Below are positions 7,558 to 17,398 of a stretch of DNA of 41,261 nt, piece after piece. The notes under the pieces were generated by a model. The model searched no databases, was not told the DNA's origin, and worked only from the letters and a program-made list of their open reading frames with translations. The number at the start of each line of letters is the position of its first letter. Positions within the stretch are counted from its first letter, which is position 1. This DNA is from an uncultured Candidatus Saccharibacteria bacterium (lineage in GTDB: Bacteria; Patescibacteriota; Dojkabacteria; B142; OLB20): the NCBI GenBank assembly GCA_964562165.1, contig CAZLRZ010000004.1:1-41261 (forward strand), in the 5' to 3' direction. The position numbers and the translations under genes were made by a program.

Positions 7558-9060
7558 ATGTTAAACAATTGCTATACTTCAAAGTATAGTACACGCATGA
7601 GAAAACACAAAATTAAAACAAGTCTCTATCTATTTATCGCTTCGATATTCATATTCTTAGCTACTGCTGTTGCGATTATTATATCACAAGGGGCATCTGT
7701 TACAGAAAACGGTGTAAAAACCAATATGGGCGTGCTAAGAATAAACATTTACCCGGAAAATATTAACTATTCCTTATTTGTAGATGACGTTGCCGTAGAA
7801 AACATAATTAATAAAGGAGTTAATTTACCTGCCGGAGTTAAAGACATCCGTATTGAATCCGTAGGCATGAATTCCTGGAAAAAGAAAGTTGAAATTCAAG
7901 AAGGGATAGTAAAAGATATTTTTGTAAAACTATTCCCTACCGAATTAAAACTTGAACAAGTTACAAATACCAATGTTTCAAAAATGGTTTTTTCAGAGCT
8001 AGGAGATTATATTTTTTATACTGTAGAAACAAATCCTATTACCACCGAAAACGGAATTTGGAGATTACAGATAGAAAATAATAATTTGTTCATTTTTAAC
8101 AACAATCAAAATCTCATAAAATTTGCTGAACTAAATGAAGAATTGGTTCAAATTTTAAATGACAAAGAGGTAAAACTCATTCCAAGCCCAGACAATAACA
8201 AAATGCTAGTGATTTCACCAACAAATAAAAAGGCTCTATTACTCAATAATGCATTAGGCAATGAATCATTAAAAACGGTTGATATGGTAAGTGTTTTAGG
8301 GTTTTACCCCAACAATATCGATTGGTTAAATGACTCAATCAGCTTGATTATCGAAGATAACACAACCCTATTTGAATATAATTTAACAAACAACAAAACT
8401 ACATTAATTAAATATAATCAAAAAGGACCGGTTATCTTTGGATATAATAAAACACAGTTAATTTGGTTTGATTCAATTAATAAAACCTTGAATCAATTTA
8501 AAAATGAGGCAAATCAAGAGATTATTTTTCCAAAAAGTATAGTTTTTAATGAAATATCAAACATTTTCATTCCGGACAATTCTTCTAGGTATGCCCTAAT
8601 AAGCGATCAAAGCGAATATTATTTAGTTGATCTAGACAAAAAGACTGTTCAGAAAACTGGGCTAGACCCGAATTTAAATCTGCTAATAGACATTAGCGCC
8701 GATGCAACTACATTCCTGTTTAATAACTCAGGTAAAATTGTTTCGCTTGTTGCAAGAGAAAACTTAGCGCTTGGGAAAATTGATATAAATGTTTATAGTT
8801 CAAATGAAGCTTTCCTCGAAAACGATAAAATTGCCTTCACTCCAAAAGATTCAACGGTTTTAATATATTCCGATTTACTAAAAACAATTCAATCCTCTGA
8901 TCAGGATGGCCTAAACAAAAACTTAATTATAAACAACATTAATATTGTACCCTACTTTAATACCGATTCAAGGCTTGAAAACCTATACCTATTGTTAAAT
9001 GATGGTCAGGAGGAGGTTTCGAATGCAAACATTTACAAGATTAACCTACTATTAGATTAA
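7558..9060 (+). CDS. Membrane-anchored hypothetical protein with a PEGA-like domain and an Asn-rich, probably beta-rich, C-terminal region
   Basis: TM helix LYLFIASIFIFLATAVAIII. The segment LRINIYPENINYSLFVDDV..LPAGVKDIRIE..GMNSWKKKVEIQEG resembles a PEGA domain. The start could instead be the ATG at 7597. It is divergent from the MreB-like gene. Confidence 0.6.
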   Translation: MLNNCYTSKYSTRMRKHKIKTSLYLFIASIFIFLATAVAIIISQGASVTENGVKTNMGVLRINIYPENINYSLFVDDVAVENIINKGVNLPAGVKDIRIESVGMNSWKKKVEIQEGIVKDIFVKLFPTELKLEQVTNTNVSKMVFSELGDYIFYTVETNPITTENGIWRLQIENNNLFIFNNNQNLIKFAELNEELVQILNDKEVKLIPSPDNNKMLVISPTNKKALLLNNALGNESLKTVDMVSVLGFYPNNIDWLNDSISLIIEDNTTLFEYNLTNNKTTLIKYNQKGPVIFGYNKTQLIWFDSINKTLNQFKNEANQEIIFPKSIVFNEISNIFIPDNSSRYALISDQSEYYLVDLDKKTVQKTGLDPNLNLLIDISADATTFLFNNSGKIVSLVARENLALGKIDINVYSSNEAFLENDKIAFTPKDSTVLIYSDLLKTIQSSDQDGLNKNLIINNINIVPYFNTDSRLENLYLLLNDGQEEVSNANIYKINLLLD

Positions 9061-9084
9061 TGGTATAATCAATTCAGGTAATTT

Positions 9085-9161
9085 GCACTAGTAGCTCAGA
9101 CGGATAGAGCGAGGCACTCCTAACGCCTAGGTCAGAGGTTCAACTCCTCTCTAGTGCACCA
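9085..9161 (+). tRNA. tRNA-Arg (anticodon CCT), CCA encoded
   Basis: Acceptor GCACTAG/CTAGTGC, anticodon loop CTCCTAA, T arm AGAGG-TTCAACT-CCTCT. There is one A-C mismatch at 31-39. Confidence 0.8.
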
Positions 9162-9173
9162 TAAATTGGAATT

Positions 9174-9776
9174 TTAGTCTTTCGACATTCTCCCTTTAAC
9201 ACCGCTAAAATGAGCAGATAGTACATCATAATCAAACAATTCTTGATTGCCAAACCAAAGTGAGATTTCTTCTTGTGCTTCGGCAACTTCGCCAGATGCA
9301 TGGATGATATTGTAAAGGGGTCTTTTTTGTTCGTTTGCAAATTCAACACTATCCGTGCCAAAATCTCCCCTAATTGTGCCGGGCACTGCAATTGCTGGTA
9401 TTGTGTCACCTGCTAATTTTCTGCCGGTAAGAACTGCATTTGGTCCTTCAAAAACCATTGCCATTACTGGACCAAAGTTCAAATATTCAATTAACCACTT
9501 CTTTACCAATTTACCGATATCCATAGCATTATTCGTCCCTAGTATTAGGGTTGCATCTAGGCCTCGTTCCTGGTATTCCTTTAAAGTTCTCTCACCAACC
9601 TTTGTGAACCATTTTTCTGAAACTGGATAATGGCTATCACCCATTTCCTCTGTGGATTGGATGAATTCCATTGCTACGATTTTCAATCCTACTCTTTCAA
9701 AACGAGCTATTACTTCTCCAATTAATCCCCTGGCTACTCCATCATGTTTGACAATTATTAGTGTTTTTTCGGACAT
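9174..9776 (-). CDS. ndk: Nucleoside diphosphate kinase, long form with internal insertion
   Basis: TLIIVKHDGVARGLIGEVIARFERVGLKIVAM, GTIRGDFG, and active-site context NIIHASG. It is about 50 aa longer than the ~140-150 aa canonical NDK. Confidence 0.85.
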   Translation of the reverse strand: MSEKTLIIVKHDGVARGLIGEVIARFERVGLKIVAMEFIQSTEEMGDSHYPVSEKWFTKVGERTLKEYQERGLDATLILGTNNAMDIGKLVKKWLIEYLNFGPVMAMVFEGPNAVLTGRKLAGDTIPAIAVPGTIRGDFGTDSVEFANEQKRPLYNIIHASGEVAEAQEEISLWFGNQELFDYDVLSAHFSGVKGRMSKD

Positions 9777-9803
9777 TTTTAAAAATTTAAAAAAGTATTT
9801 TAA

Positions 9804-10406
9804 TTACAGCATTCCAATATAATCGACCCTATTGTATTCGCCTAAATATTTAAATTTATCGCCAAACCAATGCGCGATTTCTCTTTGGGCTTCTTCTACA
9901 GAATCTGATCTATGAACTAAAGTTTTAAAAACGATTCGGCCAGATTTAACGGCCATTTTAGGAGTGTCAAAACCAAAATCCCCCCTCACTGAACCAATAT
10001 CAGCGGTTAGTGGATTGGTTTCTCCCATTAACTTAGCAATAATTTCTACTGCATTATTACCTTCCCAGACACTGATAACAACAGGGCCTTCGGTTAAATA
10101 ATCAACTAGGGATTTGTATACGATTTTACCGATTGCTAATCTATCTGTTGTGCCCATATCTTCCATCATTGCTTTTTCATCACCTTTGTAATTAGCATAT
10201 GTTTTTTCGCCCATTTTTATCATCCATTCATCAGTCCCGGGATAATTACCTTTAGCTTGTTCCTTTGTGGCCCAAATCATTCTCGTGGCAACAACTTTAA
10301 GCCCCATTCTTTCTACTCTTTTAAAAATATCCCCTATTAAACCTCGCTTAACGCCATCAGGCTTAATCATTAAGAAGGTATGCTCTATTGTGTCTATTTT
10401 CTTCAT
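9804..10406 (-). CDS. ndk: Nucleoside diphosphate kinase, second tandem long-form paralog
   Basis: TFLMIKPDGVKRGLIGDIFKRVERMGLKVVA, GSVRGDFG, LVHRSDS. I place the start at Met26 of the track ORF (ATG 10404-10406), which forms an ATGA overlap with the tmk stop. The longer ORF would overlap tmk by 79 nt. Confidence 0.85.
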   Translation of the reverse strand: MKKIDTIEHTFLMIKPDGVKRGLIGDIFKRVERMGLKVVATRMIWATKEQAKGNYPGTDEWMIKMGEKTYANYKGDEKAMMEDMGTTDRLAIGKIVYKSLVDYLTEGPVVISVWEGNNAVEIIAKLMGETNPLTADIGSVRGDFGFDTPKMAVKSGRIVFKTLVHRSDSVEEAQREIAHWFGDKFKYLGEYNRVDYIGML

Positions 10407-11023
10407 ATTATTTTTGTTAATTTTTTTAAAATATTTTTTTTGACTTCTTCGATTGTGCCATTTCCATCGACAATTATCCATTCACCAAAGATTTTATTTT
10501 TTGCTAAATATAAAAAGCCATCACGAATTTTATATTGTTTTTTGAGATCTCTTTCGTTTATATCTAAACCCTTCTCATGACCTTCTTCTTTTGATTTTCG
10601 ACTTAATGCAACTTCGGGCAAAACGTCTATAAAGATATTATAATCGGGCTTACTAATTTTAAAAGTATCAGCAAATTTTAAAGCATCGTCAATATCAACT
10701 GATTTGTTCACTAAACAGTTATAAACTATGTTTGTTGTAAAATACCCATCACAGAGGAAAAAGCTCGAATTAGACCCCTTAGACGCCTTAATTTTGTCTT
10801 GAAACATAAGTTGATCAAGTCCAAAACTAACAAACAATGCTTCGGGGGATAGTTTAATTTCTTCTAACAAAAAAGGTTTAATATAATTTTTATACAATAC
10901 ACCTTGGTGATCAGGGAATTCCATACTCTCTATTTGAAGATTGAGAGTTTTTAAGTATTCAAAAAGCTCTAAACGCTGGCGTCCTTTTCCAGCCCCATCA
11001 ATGCCCTCAAGTACTAAAAACAT
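10403..11023 (-). CDS. tmk: Thymidylate kinase
   Basis: P-loop FLVLEGIDGAGKG at the N-terminus; length and layout fit dTMP kinase. Confidence 0.85.
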   Translation of the reverse strand: MFLVLEGIDGAGKGRQRLELFEYLKTLNLQIESMEFPDHQGVLYKNYIKPFLLEEIKLSPEALFVSFGLDQLMFQDKIKASKGSNSSFFLCDGYFTTNIVYNCLVNKSVDIDDALKFADTFKISKPDYNIFIDVLPEVALSRKSKEEGHEKGLDINERDLKKQYKIRDGFLYLAKNKIFGEWIIVDGNGTIEEVKKNILKKLTKII

Positions 11024-11071
11024 ATGTTTAGCTTTTAAATTTGAATGTATTTTAACATAAAATTTATATTT

Positions 11072-11959
11072 TTATTCAAAACTTTCTTTAAAATTCATTA
11101 TATATGAACAGTAATAATTACATTTACCTGATTGATAATGTTTGAGGCCATCTTCATTAACTATTACAATTTGGCTGCCTCCTAAATCTGTTCTAAATGT
11201 TTGAACCTTTGCCCTTCCTAAATTATTAACAACTTCAGTATTTGGATGCCCATAGCTATTTTTGCCTACTGAAATAAAAGCAATTTCCGGCCTAGTTTTT
11301 TGAAGAAAGTATTCGCTAGTACTATTTTTGCTTCCATGGTGGCTGACTTTTAAAAAATCAATATCACCGATTGCATCCACTAATGAATCTTCTTCTGAAA
11401 AAGAGCTATCGCCAGCAAAAAAGAACATTTTAGAATCATACTCCAAACTAAAAGCTAGCGATGAACTATTGGAGTTCTCTTCTTTAACCGATGAAGAAAG
11501 TGGCCTATACCAACGAATGGAAACACAACATCCGATTTGTGTTATTTGACTAGAATAAGGAGAAAATGTGTTTCGGTTCGCAAACAAAGACTGCCAAATC
11601 AAATTATAATCTGGGTCCTGCTTATTAAAAGCAATGTTTTTAACTTGATATTGATTCAATAACTGCGGAAATGAGCCAATATGATCTGTATCAAAATGAC
11701 TTACTATTACCAAATCAATTAAATTCGTTCCAAGTGGGAAGTATTTGGCTAACTCATCAAGGGATTTTGGATTTGAACCACCAGTATCAATTAGAATAAA
11801 TTTTTTATCAGGAGTTTTTATTAATGTAGCATCACCCTGCCCTACATCTAATACAACCAAATTAAAAGAAGAATCATTTTGGACGAAAACAATTTCATAA
11901 ACCAATAAAATTATTAACATTAGCAAAACAAATAAGTTTTTCTTTTTCACTTTAATCAA
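11072..11959 (-). CDS. comEC: ComEC/Rec2 C-terminal metallo-beta-lactamase domain as a separate ORF
   Basis: VLDVGQGDATLI, VIVSHFDTDHIGS, KVSHHGSKNS motifs, with an N-terminal TM helix. The track start codon is TTG (11957-11959). Alternatives are GTG at 11950 and ATG at 11920. It overlaps the upstream comEC ORF by 8 nt in a different frame. Confidence 0.75.
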   Translation of the reverse strand: MIKVKKKNLFVLLMLIILLVYEIVFVQNDSSFNLVVLDVGQGDATLIKTPDKKFILIDTGGSNPKSLDELAKYFPLGTNLIDLVIVSHFDTDHIGSFPQLLNQYQVKNIAFNKQDPDYNLIWQSLFANRNTFSPYSSQITQIGCCVSIRWYRPLSSSVKEENSNSSSLAFSLEYDSKMFFFAGDSSFSEEDSLVDAIGDIDFLKVSHHGSKNSTSEYFLQKTRPEIAFISVGKNSYGHPNTEVVNNLGRAKVQTFRTDLGGSQIVIVNEDGLKHYQSGKCNYYCSYIMNFKESFE

Positions 11960-13154
11960 AAGTTAACTGTGAAGAAAAATTAATTATTAAAAGGATTAGT
12001 TGCAATAATGCATCGGTGAATCTGACAAATATTAAGGAGAAAGGCATATTAAGCATTGAAAAGATCACCGAAACAAAGCCGAACACCATTGTAACGGGGA
12101 TTATGGGCACCACCAATACATTTGCTATTAGGCCCTTTACAGTAACTGTGCTGCCTAAATACATAGAAACAGGTAAAACCCCTATCGAACAGAAGAATGT
12201 AACGAGCGCACTTGAAAGTATCCAGTTCTTTATAACAATATCTAATTTTGAATAAATGGCATCTAACACAATTAAGCCAAGGGTAGCTAAAAACGAGAAC
12301 TTGAGGCTAAAACTAAAAACCGAAACCGGTGAAATTAACAAAATTATTAATAAGGCCATCCCCCAAATGTTTAAATACGAAGCCCTTCTACCCACTAACA
12401 ACGCTATGGACCTAAATACAAACATCAGTAAAGCGCGCAGGCATGGGATATTATCAAAACCTACAAGGCAATAAAAAACAAATAACACAAATACAATAAT
12501 TAGACTAAGTTTTTTCCTAGGCACAAAAAAGACCAGCAAGCTTAAAAACTCTGCCAGTAAATTAAGATTAAAACCCGAAATCGCGATAATATGCGAAGTA
12601 TTAGTTGTTTTTAGAGCCGCCTCTGTTTCTGCAGGGAAGGTAATGTCTGCGCCAATTAGGAGCCCTGATAAAAGGTTTGCCGATTGTCCATGGTAGTTTT
12701 GATAAATTTCTTCAAGTATTTTGTAATGAAAAGCGCTAATAAGAGCCAACGGTCCATAAGCTTTTTCTGAAATTATGATTTTAGGATTGCGAAAGATTCC
12801 ATAAATTTGTTGCGAATAAAAGTAATCATTAGCTATGTCTGCCCTTTTGAATTCGCCTGAAATAATTAGCTTATCCCCAATATTAAAATAGTTTTCTTTA
12901 AGATTGTTCGTCTTAATCAAGTAAATATTACTGGTCAAGGCCTTTATCTCGCGGACTTTAAAAGAAACAACTGTATTTTCGAACTTACAATATGAAATCA
13001 CTTCATAGATATTTGAATCCACAAATAAGGGCTGACTTTCGGGCGGATTAACTCGCGAAGCTCCTAAAAATAGGAAAAAAAGAATATATAAAATAACTGC
13101 AGAAAAGAAAAACAAGTATTTCTTAAGCCAGCCTTTAAACCTTTGACGTAACAT
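11952..13154 (-). CDS. comEC: ComEC/Rec2 N-terminal and polytopic competence (channel) domain
   Basis: 400 aa with an N-terminal TM helix, an OB-like segment and multiple TM helices (HIIAISGFNLNLL motif typical of the competence domain). comEA is directly upstream on the same strand (at 13166-13741). Confidence 0.8.
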   Translation of the reverse strand: MLRQRFKGWLKKYLFFFSAVILYILFFLFLGASRVNPPESQPLFVDSNIYEVISYCKFENTVVSFKVREIKALTSNIYLIKTNNLKENYFNIGDKLIISGEFKRADIANDYFYSQQIYGIFRNPKIIISEKAYGPLALISAFHYKILEEIYQNYHGQSANLLSGLLIGADITFPAETEAALKTTNTSHIIAISGFNLNLLAEFLSLLVFFVPRKKLSLIIVFVLFVFYCLVGFDNIPCLRALLMFVFRSIALLVGRRASYLNIWGMALLIILLISPVSVFSFSLKFSFLATLGLIVLDAIYSKLDIVIKNWILSSALVTFFCSIGVLPVSMYLGSTVTVKGLIANVLVVPIIPVTMVFGFVSVIFSMLNMPFSLIFVRFTDALLQLILLIINFSSQLTFD

Positions 13155-13165
13155 AGGAAGAAGAA

Positions 13166-13741
13166 CTATAAAATCGCTTTGGTTTTTAATTCATCAAGTG
13201 CGCTTTGCCTAATTCCTGTTTGGGCCTTTAGTTCTTCCCAACTTGAAAAAGGACGATTTTTAATGATTTTTTCTGCCGTTACTTTACCTATTCCCTTTAT
13301 ATCTTCTAGCTCTGAACTTGTGGCGGTATTTATTGAAAAGAATCCTGTACTCCCCTGCCAAGGCTCCAGGCCTAAATCTATTGACTTACCCTTTGGCGGA
13401 ATATAGATTTTCATTTCTGGGCTTACTTTTTTGGAAAGTGTAATAAATTGGTGCACATATGGAATGTCGGCATTTGGGGCATAACCACCTGCAAGCTCTA
13501 TTGCATTAAAGACCAATATTGGGCTTGAAACTTCAAACACTCCGGGGTTATTAACCTCACCTAAAACCTCAATAAAAAATGTGCTTGGAGTTACTGTTAC
13601 TTCACTAATTTGAGTGGTGATAATTTCATTTTTATTATCTGTGGCTGGTAATATACTTTGCAAATTGTTTGCATAAGTCAGCAAAAGGACTAGTGAAATA
13701 ATGATGGAGATGAAAATTATTGTGTTTTTATGTTTTTTCAT
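13166..13741 (-). CDS. comEA: DNA receptor ComEA (SLBB plus helix-hairpin-helix)
   Basis: N-terminal TM helix, SLBB-like VNNPGVFEV, and C-terminal INTATSSELEDIKGIGKVTAEKII HhH. Confidence 0.85.
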   Translation of the reverse strand: MKKHKNTIIFISIIISLVLLLTYANNLQSILPATDNKNEIITTQISEVTVTPSTFFIEVLGEVNNPGVFEVSSPILVFNAIELAGGYAPNADIPYVHQFITLSKKVSPEMKIYIPPKGKSIDLGLEPWQGSTGFFSINTATSSELEDIKGIGKVTAEKIIKNRPFSSWEELKAQTGIRQSALDELKTKAIL

Positions 13742-13776
13742 AAGGAGATTTTATTCTTAATCTCCTTAAGTTTTCC

Positions 13777-14550
13777 TTAATTCTTATAAGAAATTTCTAC
13801 TCTATAAATTGATAGATGGACAGGCCTTGGATCTTGCCCTGCGACTTCTGTTGTGGGCATTTCATTTATTTCGTTAAGTACTGAAAAGCCTCCAATTACA
13901 TGGGCAAAAACTGTGTATTTTCCCTCTAAATTTTCCAACCTTGGATCGTCATTTTCTGCTAAAACTATGAAGAACTGACTACCTGAGGTGTTTGGGCCAT
14001 TTGAAGCCATAGCCACTGAATATTTGCCAAGCTTTTCGGATGTGACTGAATTTGCGCTGGAATAACCTTCTCGTTTTAAAGCGCTCTTTTTTTCTTCGCT
14101 ATAACCCAAGCTATCCCAATTAATTTCGTCGTCAATAGTATAGCCTGGACCACCAAAAACATCGTCGTTAATATCAGAGGTTAAAGTATTTCTACTTCCC
14201 CCCTGAACTAAAAGGCCTTTGATTAGTCTGTAGAAATTAAGCTGGTCATAATAATGTTGATTTGTAAGTGAAATGAAATTGCTAACTGTATTTGGAGCTT
14301 GCTTTTCGAGCAAATCAATTTCAATTATTCCCTTGCTAGTAGTGATTTTGGCTCGATAATCTAAAGAGGTGTCGATTTTAACATCTTGTTTTTTTAACAC
14401 TAGGGATTCGTTTTTAAAATATCCAAAGGGGAAGCCTGAATACATAAAAGAAGATTTTGAAAACCCCTGCTGTAACGAAGTAAATATAATAAAAAACAGG
14501 ATTACAATACCGATAAGAAAGAGCCAAAAATCTCTATTTTCTTTAAACAT
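13777..14550 (-). CDS. Membrane-anchored cyclophilin-type peptidyl-prolyl isomerase
   Basis: FYRLIKGLLVQGG, GGPGYTIDDE, MASNGPNTSGSQFFIV, with an N-terminal TM helix. Its ATG overlaps the leuS stop (TAATG). Confidence 0.88.
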   Translation of the reverse strand: MFKENRDFWLFLIGIVILFFIIFTSLQQGFSKSSFMYSGFPFGYFKNESLVLKKQDVKIDTSLDYRAKITTSKGIIEIDLLEKQAPNTVSNFISLTNQHYYDQLNFYRLIKGLLVQGGSRNTLTSDINDDVFGGPGYTIDDEINWDSLGYSEEKKSALKREGYSSANSVTSEKLGKYSVAMASNGPNTSGSQFFIVLAENDDPRLENLEGKYTVFAHVIGGFSVLNEINEMPTTEVAGQDPRPVHLSIYRVEISYKN

Positions 14551-17183
14551 TACTTAACAATAAAATTTATAATTTTATCTTTGACGAAGATCACCTTTAA
14601 AATTTGCGACTTTGAAAGATAGTTAATGATTTTCGGATCTTTTTCGGCAAGTTTTTGAACCGCATCTTGCTCTAAACCCTTATCGATTAAGACTACGGAT
14701 CGTAGCTTCCCATTGATTTGGATTGGCATTTTAAATTTAAAATTTTCCAATTTTGATTCATCAAAATCAGGCCATTTCTCATTGTGGATACTAGGATTAT
14801 TACCAAGTAACGCCCAAAATTCCTCAGATAAAAACGGCATAAATGGAGCAAGAATCAAGGCAAACTTGGTTAAGCACTCTTTTTTATCTTTATAATTCAA
14901 ACCTTCTGAGGAATCGTTATACCAGTTAACAAACTCCATCATCCTTGCTACAGCAGTATTAAACTTCAATTCTTCAAGATCATCCCCTACCATTTTTACA
15001 GTTCTGTGAATCATTGAGATATCTGAAGATTTATCTGAAGTATCACCGGAATCTTTGCTCTCAGAAAAGTTCACAAAAAGTTTATAAACCTTGTTAATAA
15101 ATTTGGCCATTCCAAACATACCGGAATCTCGCCAATCGCCGGAGGAATCAAAAGGTCCAATAAACCTTAAATACATTCTTACCGAATCAGCACCGAACCT
15201 ACCTATGAATTCATCAGGATTGACAATGTTTCCTTTTGATTTACTCATTTTGGCTCCATCTTTTGTGATAAGACCGTGTCCGATGAATTTTTTGAAGGGT
15301 TCTTCAAAATCAATATAGCCTAAATCATGGAAAACCATTGTAATAAATCTTGCGTACAAAAGGTGCAAGACTGTGTGCTCTTTTCCACCGATATACGAAC
15401 TTACAGGGCCCCACTTTTTCATTCTTGCAATAAGTTCAGCTTGCTCATTCTGAGTTAGTTCAGGATTAAAAAGCGACTTGTCATTCTTAAAATCTCCGCC
15501 AAAAGGCACATTATTATATTCAGTAAAAGGATATCTCAAAAAATACCAGCAGGAATCGACAAATGGATCTGAAACGTCAGTTTCTCTTTTAGCATCACCT
15601 CCACAATGAGGACATTTTACATTCACAAAAGAAGACTCTCTAGATAGAGGTCCACGGCCTGATCCGTCAGGTTTAATTTTTTCAAAATCCTCAATATCGG
15701 GAAGTTCAACTGGTAAATTTTCATCCGGGAACCAACCCTTCATTGTGTTTACCAAATCATTTAAATCATCTTTTTCTATGTGTTTTGAAGAAGAATTATC
15801 AGTATTAAACCAACTAAAACCCTTTTCTGCGCAATCTTTACAGAATATAAGGGGGATTGGAGGACCCCAATACCTTTGCCTACTTACGCACCAATCTCTT
15901 AAATTATAGTTAATTATTCTTGTACCCCACCCATTTTCTTCAATATGATCCATAATTTTTCGGGTGGCATCTTTTACGCTTAGGCCATTTAAAAAGCCTG
16001 AGTTTATCATTAAGCCATCTTCTTCTTGGACATCACCAATATCATTAATTGGACCGGTTTTACCATTTTCGCTAACTACCCTAATAATTGGCAATTCAAA
16101 CTTTTTCGCAAATTCAAAATCTCTTTTATCATGCCCAGGAACTCCAACTACAGCACCCGTTCCAAAGTGGCCTAGGACGAAATCAGATATGTAAATCGGC
16201 AATTCTTCATTGTTCAAATTGTTAACTGCATAAAGCCCAGTGAAAACGCCTGTTTTCTCTTTGCCTTGGGCAATTCTTTCTTGATCAGATCTTGATTTGG
16301 ACTTCTCAACATACTCTTTAATTTGCTCAATTAGCGATTTTTGAGTCTGGTAATTGCCTTCTAGGATTGAGTTTACTAATTCATATTCTGGGGCAATTAC
16401 TATAAAAGTAGCGCCAAAATTTGTATCTGGCCTTGTAGTAAAGCAAGTCACAAAGGCATTCGAGCCTTTAATTTTATAAGCAATATTGATCCCCTCTTTT
16501 TTGCCGATCCAGTTCTTTTGACCCAATTTAACATCTTCTACCCAGTCAATATTCTTTAAGTTTTCATAAAGTCGATCAGCATATTTGGTGATTTTAAAGA
16601 ACCATTGCTCCAAAGGCTTGGATTCAACTAATGTTGAACATCTTTCGCATCTATCATCTATCACCTGTTCATCAGAAACAACAGTTTTGCAACTTGGACA
16701 ATATTTAACATTTGCAACCTTTCTATATGCTAACCCAGCTTTAAAAAACTGCGAAAAAAGCCATTGTGTCCATTTATAATATTCAGGAGAGCTGGTTTCT
16801 AAAAAAGCACTCCAGTCATGCATATTCCCCATCTGATGGAATTGCTCAGTAAAATGTTTATGAGTTCTTTTTGAAACACTTTTAATGTGCTCACCGATCT
16901 TTAATGCATAATTTTCGCTGTGGATACCAAAGGCATCAAGCCCAATAGGCTCAAACACATCAAAGCCCTTCATCTTTTTATATCTTCCGAAAGTATCAAT
17001 CCCAGTAAAAGTAAACATACTACCTATGTGTAAGCCTTCTGCTGAAGGATATGGAAACATCATAAGGTTGTAAAAGGGATTTTTAGCATTTTGAAGATCA
17101 ACCTTGTATAGAGATTTTTCATCCCAATATTTTTGCCATTTGGCCTCGATACCTGCAAACTTATTGACAGTATTAGATTCCAT
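14550..17183 (-). CDS. leuS: Leucyl-tRNA synthetase
   Basis: 877 aa with HIGH-type motif (GLHIGSMF), KMSKS (GAKMSKSKGN), the LeuRS zinc motif (CPSC..CERC) and a CP1 editing region. Confidence 0.95.
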   Translation of the reverse strand: MESNTVNKFAGIEAKWQKYWDEKSLYKVDLQNAKNPFYNLMMFPYPSAEGLHIGSMFTFTGIDTFGRYKKMKGFDVFEPIGLDAFGIHSENYALKIGEHIKSVSKRTHKHFTEQFHQMGNMHDWSAFLETSSPEYYKWTQWLFSQFFKAGLAYRKVANVKYCPSCKTVVSDEQVIDDRCERCSTLVESKPLEQWFFKITKYADRLYENLKNIDWVEDVKLGQKNWIGKKEGINIAYKIKGSNAFVTCFTTRPDTNFGATFIVIAPEYELVNSILEGNYQTQKSLIEQIKEYVEKSKSRSDQERIAQGKEKTGVFTGLYAVNNLNNEELPIYISDFVLGHFGTGAVVGVPGHDKRDFEFAKKFELPIIRVVSENGKTGPINDIGDVQEEDGLMINSGFLNGLSVKDATRKIMDHIEENGWGTRIINYNLRDWCVSRQRYWGPPIPLIFCKDCAEKGFSWFNTDNSSSKHIEKDDLNDLVNTMKGWFPDENLPVELPDIEDFEKIKPDGSGRGPLSRESSFVNVKCPHCGGDAKRETDVSDPFVDSCWYFLRYPFTEYNNVPFGGDFKNDKSLFNPELTQNEQAELIARMKKWGPVSSYIGGKEHTVLHLLYARFITMVFHDLGYIDFEEPFKKFIGHGLITKDGAKMSKSKGNIVNPDEFIGRFGADSVRMYLRFIGPFDSSGDWRDSGMFGMAKFINKVYKLFVNFSESKDSGDTSDKSSDISMIHRTVKMVGDDLEELKFNTAVARMMEFVNWYNDSSEGLNYKDKKECLTKFALILAPFMPFLSEEFWALLGNNPSIHNEKWPDFDESKLENFKFKMPIQINGKLRSVVLIDKGLEQDAVQKLAEKDPKIINYLSKSQILKVIFVKDKIINFIVK

Positions 17184-17398
17184 CTTAAAACAGTTGTTAA
17201 TATGCCTTAATTATAATACTTTTAACAGTTTTCTACTATATTTTTAGTAGTCCTCAAGTTGTCCATATCACACTCCCCATTGTTACGATATTTTTGTTCC
17301 ACGAAATAACACATGTAAAACTCAAATGTAAAAAGTTTTTACATTTACGTTGTCGCAAAGATAGGGCCGAATGTTTTTGAAAATAACCTATCGAGGAA

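Noticed and set aside
10403-10406. Alternative genetic code (TGA recoding), as in some candidate phyla.
   Set aside because: TGA functions as a stop codon at the tmk/ndk and 87-aa/622-aa ATGA junctions. All housekeeping genes are intact under the standard bacterial code.
10407-10481. 25-codon N-terminal extension of the second ndk.
   Set aside because: It would overlap tmk by 79 nt. Met26 gives the canonical NDK N-terminus and an ATGA stop-start junction with tmk.
17184-17398. T-box riboswitch upstream of leuS.
   Set aside because: The 215-nt leader has no T-box consensus (..GGTGGTACCGCG..) and no convincing specifier or antiterminator arrangement. It has only AT-rich hairpins. The 72-aa ORF 17254..17472 there overlaps the HD gene end and looks spurious.
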